Source: a virus. Taken from it: a stretch of 64,000 nt of DNA. Position numbers and translations under genes: made by a program. The stretch covers positions 1-64,000 of the IMG/VR virus record IMGVR_UViG_3300025467_000013; one strand, given 5' to 3'. Under the pieces are notes generated by a model. It had not been told where the DNA came from. It saw nothing but the letters and a program-made list of their open reading frames with translations, and did not search any database. Numbering within the stretch: position 1 is the stretch's first letter; each line of letters begins with the position of its first letter. Below, piece by piece: positions 60,101-64,000 of the stretch.

Positions 60101-61659
60101 GTGTTACTTATTATGTTGCACAGATTATTAATGCAACACAGTTTACAGTATCATTAGTATGGGGCGGCCAGGTTGCAATCCTAACACAAGGTACTGGTGC
60201 TATTACTGTTCAGCAATCAACTGCATTGATGTCAATTGGTCAACCAGTGTTTATTTCAGGTACTGCGTTTGTTCCAACATCAGCAAACAGTGTTGGATCA
60301 TACACCACATACTATGTTGCTACAATTCCGAGCGTAACAACATTTACATTAGCAACATCTTTAGCGAACGCAATTGCAGGTACAGCGATTACACTTGGTA
60401 CAACAACATACGGTTATATGACATTAACTGCGTCAAACGCAAATGCATTAACTAATATGTCGAACGTAATTGGTCCTTCATTACCATTTGCATTCACAGG
60501 TGCGCAGATTAACATCACCGCAATTACTGGTAGCAACTTATATACTCCAAACGGTACAGCATTGCTAAGTGCTAACCAAGCAGTAGTATTCACAGGTTAC
60601 GGATATACTAACCAAACAAGCGGTACTATCCAACCTGGTACAACATACTACATTAAGGCAGTATTAGATAATAACACATTCACTTTAAGTTCAACTCCAA
60701 GTGGTGCTACATTATCGTGGGTTACTGAAACTAACGTGTTAACTATGCAGTTAGTAAGTTCATTAGGTTCATCATTAACACCTTACTCGACTTACTTTGT
60801 ATTAGCAACACCTACACCAAACACCTTCCAGATTGCAACAACGACTGCAACTGTAAGTGGTTTAACATTAACAGTGCCGACTCCAGTTACACAAGCAGCT
60901 GGTAATACACTTGTTAAGATTGATAGTAACATTATTACACTTGCACAAGCACAGGGTGCTACTAATACATTCTTTGTTCCAAATACTCCTGTAACATTCA
61001 CAGCAGTAAGCGGTACAACATTTGGTGTTAGTGCAACAGCAGCGGCAGGTACATACAACGGTGCTCCAACATATGGTACTCCGTTCATTGTAACAGCAGT
61101 TGCTACAAACGGTAACATTACAATCAACACTAGTGCAACAAACTTACTAGTAGTAGGTCAACCGATTATGTTTACTAACCCATTATCACCATTGACTACT
61201 ACAAGTGGTTTAGTACCATTCCAGACATATTATGTGTTAACTGTTTCTAGTACAACTATTACAGTGGCGTCAAGTTGGCCAAGTGCTACCGCAGTGACAT
61301 TTGCTGCTGCATGGTCATCACAAACAACAGTTGGTGGTTTCTACGCTGTACCAATGTACTATGTTAAGGCAGTACTCGATAGCAGAAGACTTATGCTTTC
61401 GGCTACATTAAACGGTGCTACATGGCCTATTACAAATGCATCAGGTACTGTTCCAGGTAACTATACCGCTGGTACAAACATTATGGTAATTAACTCACAA
61501 CCATCGTTCACTGACTTCATTGAACATGATGTTACATTATCACCAAATGGTACATTTGAAAGAACTGGTATATTAGTTCCGCCAAACACTTACTTGTATG
61601 TTTCTAGTAACCAATCACAAGTTAGTGCAGTAGCAACAGGTATTCAAGAAGCAGTATAA
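54196..61659 (+). CDS. Giant repeat-rich fibre/adhesin-like virion protein (2,487 aa)
   Basis: About 25 copies of L..GQP..F....G.L.....YYV.......F.VS...GG; AGGAG RBS. Confidence 0.75.
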   Translation: MTTAAKYGAQDLNGNPFNYQQLVPLPSTNPGTTNTVVNTTFTNRAAYDARVRMALTNTPIGSQVVSNVHGTQSFTAQQSAASTLVETQQVLTIDTASATTNAFTTASYIVTATTENTNLITVSSTTTFAVGQPVVFSASAGNLTAGTVYYILTINSSTTFTVSPIWNGPVQLLTTSAFPMIVQQTVSNLSVGIPINFHGATFGYAFYNMNFYVASLPGGASGTTFTISAYPGGPTIPLASAIGTMSAVPVVTPVANPATAQYPTAMASALALGTTAQAGYYNTLQGVTVTASTATTNILTTASFAITATTATTGLSGFAYVTTSGSTNLLTVGQPVVFNAAISGSAVYAGITYYIHSIISSTTFSISTSFNGTPISLGTNGSVSGVTMYLATTYLQTNQQVIFTGTTFGNIIPNIPYYIATVPSTNTFTVSTAPSGPIATLATTTGTMVVSAFVPPTVPQLVVGSSQAGVTISVTGSTTSVINCVSTTGLAANQPIVFSASFGGLTLGTTYYVVSGFTSNTFQVSSTVGGSAITLIASTGTLNAQALPYFNTYATTVTATTVSTNLITVTNTSNFVPGQPVVFSGAIGGLSANTVYYVLNVYSTTQIVVSATQGGVAFPLITATGSVTMSQATTGLAVNQPFQISSVIIQVTATSTSGNLVTCNNTVNLVANQPIIFSGAMGNIVANTVYYVSTIASNTTFTISQTQGGGVFGQANGSGSIVGQQAPFGGVVPGQVYYVYNVTSLTSFAISSIHGAPSALALTTVAAGAQLAGFQSIVPTVSLGTSTATGSIYALNNTYTTSTVTASSNTTTDITLSSVATFAVGQPITFLFNSGANATTNNIFSFVSVTGTTTGTNTISISGNTTGLAIGQAIVFNGTLGGLTYGTVYYIASIPSTSTFTVSLVPYGTAVSLNTASGTITGYLTYYITYVNVGATTIQISPTFNGPTYALSAGSIVSNSTVQHATTNLNPGQPILVTGTAFGGTTTNTTYYVRTVPTQSQFTISTSPFGQIFTLSSTSGAMPTLIGPRPVLTILQSTSSNQMQTQTYAVTATTATTNLITVNNTFGFTVGMPVVFSGALGNLVSGMIYYVSSIPTATVFAVSPTLGGQNYALATATGSVNAQQATANLYLNQPIQFQGSTSIGSPYTGVTSGTTYYIRSIDSAVLFTISSALSVPGTTSTAATLTGGGQIIANPIVNNIVDAFAYYTPLITVSATSATSPTYYLTVSSTANLAVGQPIVFTGISLLGGVSANTVYYVNAIASTTQFNISTTYGGPIVALTSGSGTMYVQQSTSAYSLNQTVILNSPTVIVTSTAATSNIITCNSTTNLIAGQPIVFGNMTYPTSNIGNIVAGTVYYVLTVLSTTTFTISATPGGSQFALTSTTTQFAAQQGIFGQQYGVNGQNYVVQNTPNATSLVLARAGASISPAGLGLFPMPTVAPIQVTATAGSGSYAITVPSTAQLTVNQPVIFIGTAIGGLTATVNQLINPTVYYVSSILTSTTFNVSSSLGGGVQVLSGATANTMAVLPLSATGIATAYSFNSTPALTIGATTTSTNVITTLGYSVSGNSATTANLLTASSTVIFVVGQAVTFSAAFCGLNTGVTYYVASVQSSTTFTVSAFWGGPDVILSGSGSATMSETTTFLQLNQPVTFVAASYIGGLTAGSNYGVTYYVTNIGSSTTFIVSTVPGASGNQLALTTTSGQMTAQVGCYRALSFNSTNNGTSVLQTQTFAVSATAAVNGTMLVTATNTFAMYPGMAIAFSGSLGFLAANTIYYVLFVYDEKRFAVTTAPVNSLGIATNGTTVLQTLNGALLTHQTTTGSITVTQSPARLQQNQAVVFYSTIGGAVLGGVTQGTIYYVQAVNPVSGTIAISTTPGGSAFTLSAVNNTGTTQSMMMVPLTTWAPVTNVLITQPMPIYSGTNSSNVLTTGNIALVTNTSYGTNYITCLTTSALAVGMPIVFGSAIGSLASGVTYYVAQIINATQFTVSLVWGGQVAILTQGTGAITVQQSTALMSIGQPVFISGTAFVPTSANSVGSYTTYYVATIPSVTTFTLATSLANAIAGTAITLGTTTYGYMTLTASNANALTNMSNVIGPSLPFAFTGAQINITAITGSNLYTPNGTALLSANQAVVFTGYGYTNQTSGTIQPGTTYYIKAVLDNNTFTLSSTPSGATLSWVTETNVLTMQLVSSLGSSLTPYSTYFVLATPTPNTFQIATTTATVSGLTLTVPTPVTQAAGNTLVKIDSNIITLAQAQGATNTFFVPNTPVTFTAVSGTTFGVSATAAAGTYNGAPTYGTPFIVTAVATNGNITINTSATNLLVVGQPIMFTNPLSPLTTTSGLVPFQTYYVLTVSSTTITVASSWPSATAVTFAAAWSSQTTVGGFYAVPMYYVKAVLDSRRLMLSATLNGATWPITNASGTVPGNYTAGTNIMVINSQPSFTDFIEHDVTLSPNGTFERTGILVPPNTYLYVSSNQSQVSAVATGIQEAV

Positions 61660-61668
61660 TAAATTAGA

Positions 61669-61693
61669 TTGTGGGGGACTAGTTCCCCCACAA
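61669..61693. other. Strong intergenic hairpin without U-tract
   Basis: ttgtggggga-ctagt-tcccccacaa, extendable by attag/ctaat. Confidence 0.7.
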
Positions 61694-61715
61694 CACTAAT
61701 TGAATAGGAGACACA

Positions 61716-62123
61716 ATGAGAAAACAACCTAGAATTAGTTCGGCATCGATTATACAGCTACCAGCAATTCAACAAGGATACTATTATTATCCACTAGCAG
61801 CGCCAGGTAACGGTACATATGCGACTATTCCTATTAATACTGTAGGAACGTTAATCCAAATGGCTAACGCCCCAACTGCAAATACTTGGTACTTAGATTT
61901 TACTGGTGTAATTTTGTCAGTTAACTACACATTAACTATTACTATTTTAATACCACAAGGTGCGTCAGCATATAACCCATCGGTATTAGTAAATGGTATC
62001 GCTCCTACATTAATCGGAGCAGGTAATGGTGGTGCAACATCTAGAACTAATGCTTACTATTACACAATTATCTGTACTGCACCAAATCAGTATTCTTATA
62101 CTGTGTGGGTAGCAGCAATTTAA
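61716..62123 (+). CDS. Small virion protein (paralog of 62136 ORF)
   Basis: 135 aa, MRKQPRISSA...QLPAIQQ, LSVNY.L.IT.LIP.G..AYNP, YTI.CTAPNQYSY. Confidence 0.65.
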   Translation: MRKQPRISSASIIQLPAIQQGYYYYPLAAPGNGTYATIPINTVGTLIQMANAPTANTWYLDFTGVILSVNYTLTITILIPQGASAYNPSVLVNGIAPTLIGAGNGGATSRTNAYYYTIICTAPNQYSYTVWVAAI

Positions 62124-62135
62124 TAGGCGATTATA

Positions 62136-62789
62136 ATGAGAAGATTACCTAGAATTAGTTCAGCACCAAACTTACAGTTACCAGCAATACAACAGGCTGT
62201 ATTTACTGAAAATTTATCGATCGGTGGTAACTTTGTTACTGTTCCAGTTAATAGTTTGGGCACATTTATTAATTTAGCCAGTTATTATGTAAGTTATACT
62301 GGCACAGTTGGTAGTATTAGTGGAACAGGTCCGTGGACTGCAACAATTACTGGTATGACTTCAACTTCGGGTCTAGTAGCAAATCAGGTAATACTTGCTG
62401 TAGCAGGTTCTGGATCAATAGGTACTGGTACAATTACCGTAACAAGTATAGTAAGTTCAACTTCTATTACAATTACAGCAACTGGCGGTACAACTCCGGT
62501 CGCAGGAACTGTAACGAACATAATAACCGCCGGAAGTGTTGTTAGTTCAGCTTGGACATTAGATCTTACTGGTATTTCACTATCAGTTAATTATGCATTA
62601 CCGATAACTGTATTAATTCCAGTAGGTGGCACAGCATACAACCCGACCGTATTAGTTAACGGTATTACAGCAACACTTATCGGAGCCGGACCTTCACCGA
62701 CTACTAGCAGAACAAATCAATATTTTTATACAATTGTTTGTACTGCACCAAATCAGTATTCGTACTTCGCATACGCAAACGCAGTTTAG
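62136..62789 (+). CDS. Small virion protein with inserted ~82-aa module
   Basis: 217 aa, same termini as the 61716 ORF. Confidence 0.65.
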   Translation: MRRLPRISSAPNLQLPAIQQAVFTENLSIGGNFVTVPVNSLGTFINLASYYVSYTGTVGSISGTGPWTATITGMTSTSGLVANQVILAVAGSGSIGTGTITVTSIVSSTSITITATGGTTPVAGTVTNIITAGSVVSSAWTLDLTGISLSVNYALPITVLIPVGGTAYNPTVLVNGITATLIGAGPSPTTSRTNQYFYTIVCTAPNQYSYFAYANAV

Positions 62790-62792
62790 TAT

Positions 62793-62823
62793 TAAAGCGT
62801 ATAGAGATATACGCTTTATTTTT
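62793..62823 (+). terminator. Rho-independent terminator
   Basis: taaagcgtata-GAGA-tatacgcttta-ttttt. Confidence 0.85.
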
Positions 62824-62857
62824 ATCCAAAACACCGTCTTTTTAAACTTCTTTTCTC

Positions 62858-62865
62858 GATAAATA
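62858..62865 (+). promoter_or_regulatory. T4-type late promoter (GATAAATA)
   Basis: 17 nt upstream of the ATG at 62883, GAGGA RBS. Confidence 0.65.
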
Positions 62866-62882
62866 TATTAGAGGAATGAATC

Positions 62883-64000
62883 ATGCTTAATATAACTAAT
62901 TACATCACGCAGGGACAACGTAACACGATTAAACTGCAAAAAGATTTATCATTCAAAAACCCTTGGATTCAAGTTCACAACAATACAACTATAGACCAAT
63001 GGCATGTAGGTGATTTTTCGAGCGCATCATATTTTGTTACTGTTGAGTACGATTCAAATTCAAAAGAAACTATGCAGATTTTGGTAGTTGCTAGACCTGG
63101 ACAAGCAACGTTATCGATATTTGGTAGAACGACTATCCAAGATCCTCTAGTCACGTTAACTGCAACTGTAACAAACAGTATATTAACAATGGCTGCGACA
63201 GCAAACACAGGCTATACGGGTGCCAAATTAACCTATGTTGCTTCTTATATTGAGACAATTCAACCATTAACTACTCCAACCATTGTACCGTCAGTTCCTT
63301 CGGGTACAGCAGTTATTTCACCACTTGTACCAACCCCTACTTCATTTGGTATAGTTAATTCTGCAGGACAGCCGACTCTTACAGCAGGTGCAGCAGGCGA
63401 TACGCTTACTTTTATTGCAGGTTCAGGAATCGGATTAACAACTAATGCTAGTTCAAATTCTTTAACAATTAGTTCATCATTTCCGTTTTATAGTAATATA
63501 CAAGTTACAGGGCAAACTACGTTAGTACCAACAAGTCCGACTAGCAATTTAACTTTTACACCGGCAAATGGTATTACTTTAACAACTAACGGAACAACAA
63601 ATACTATTACTGTTGGAATCGGCACAGTACCGGGATTAACATCATCGAGTACTATTACTGCACCGCTTTTTTCAGGATCAGGAGCAAGTTTAACTTCATT
63701 AAATGCTTCTAATTTAGTAACTGGCACAGTATCTTCAAGTTTATTACCAATAGCAACTACAAATAACTTAGGTGCTATAAAGGTCGACGGTTCTAGTATC
63801 ACTATCAATAATAGTGTTATTAGTGCAACACAATATACATTACCGTCTGCAAGTACAAGTTCATTAGGCGGTGTAATTATTCCAACGGTTACTACAAGCG
63901 GTATTACTAATTCAAGTGGCACTATTGGATTAGCTACTGCAAGCACAACACAATTAGGCGGTGTATTAGTTGACGGAACTAGTATTTCTATTAATAACGG
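62883..64000 (+). CDS. Tail fibre-like protein, N-terminal part (runs off window edge; not in ORF track)
   Basis: Open frame MLNITNYITQG... with LP.A.T..LG.(I/V) fibre repeats (ATTNNLGAIKVDG, ASTSSLGGV, ASTTQLGGVLVDG). Confidence 0.75.
   Translation, partial: MLNITNYITQGQRNTIKLQKDLSFKNPWIQVHNNTTIDQWHVGDFSSASYFVTVEYDSNSKETMQILVVARPGQATLSIFGRTTIQDPLVTLTATVTNSILTMAATANTGYTGAKLTYVASYIETIQPLTTPTIVPSVPSGTAVISPLVPTPTSFGIVNSAGQPTLTAGAAGDTLTFIAGSGIGLTTNASSNSLTISSSFPFYSNIQVTGQTTLVPTSPTSNLTFTPANGITLTTNGTTNTITVGIGTVPGLTSSSTITAPLFSGSGASLTSLNASNLVTGTVSSSLLPIATTNNLGAIKVDGSSITINNSVISATQYTLPSASTSSLGGVIIPTVTTSGITNSSGTIGLATASTTQLGGVLVDGTSISINN

Noticed and set aside
45367-62789. Diversity-generating retroelement template/variable repeats among duplicated fibre genes
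   Set aside because: No reverse transcriptase in the window. Paralog differences I inspected are not adenine-specific, and both copies are coding.
2065-63946. Numerous 60-150-aa antisense or off-frame ORFs inside large genes
   Set aside because: Shadow ORFs expected from biased codon usage in Thr/Gly/Val-rich genes; no RBS or promoter support.
1-64000. Stop-codon reassignment (as in some large phages)
   Set aside because: Core genes and ORFs up to 14.7 kb are intact in the standard code, and TAA, TGA and TAG all end genes at sensible positions.

Overview
This 64 kb window comes from a large, AT-rich, T4-related (myovirus-type) phage genome read in the standard genetic code. Positions 1-25.6 kb (minus strand) hold a baseplate module: fibre-like genes, a 4,900-aa giant wedge-like protein, and gp6-, gp25-, gp5-, hub-, gp53- and gp48/54-like genes. 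Positions 25.6-31.7 kb (plus strand) hold a sigma70-driven operon encoding late sigma gp55, gp47/gp46, an Hc1-like basic protein and a minimal GIY-YIG nuclease, followed by a roughly 500-nt, heavily base-paired non-coding element. Next come a gp26-like gene with an apparent -1 frameshift extension, the tape measure, the head module (gp20, gp67-like, gp21, gp22, gp23) and a long run of fibre/decoration genes. Best candidates for something new: (1) the GIY-YIG gene plus large structured RNA at about 29,980-30,925, which has G-U-rich stems, a possible pseudoknot and a symmetric double K-turn-like module; (2) a lambda G/GT-style slippery site joining gp26-like to a gp51-like ORF; (3) a 2,487-aa protein that looks like a ~110-aa domain with ~25 repeats nested inside it; (4) structured 5' leaders on two late genes. 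All assignments come from motif reading by eye; no searches or folding programs were run.
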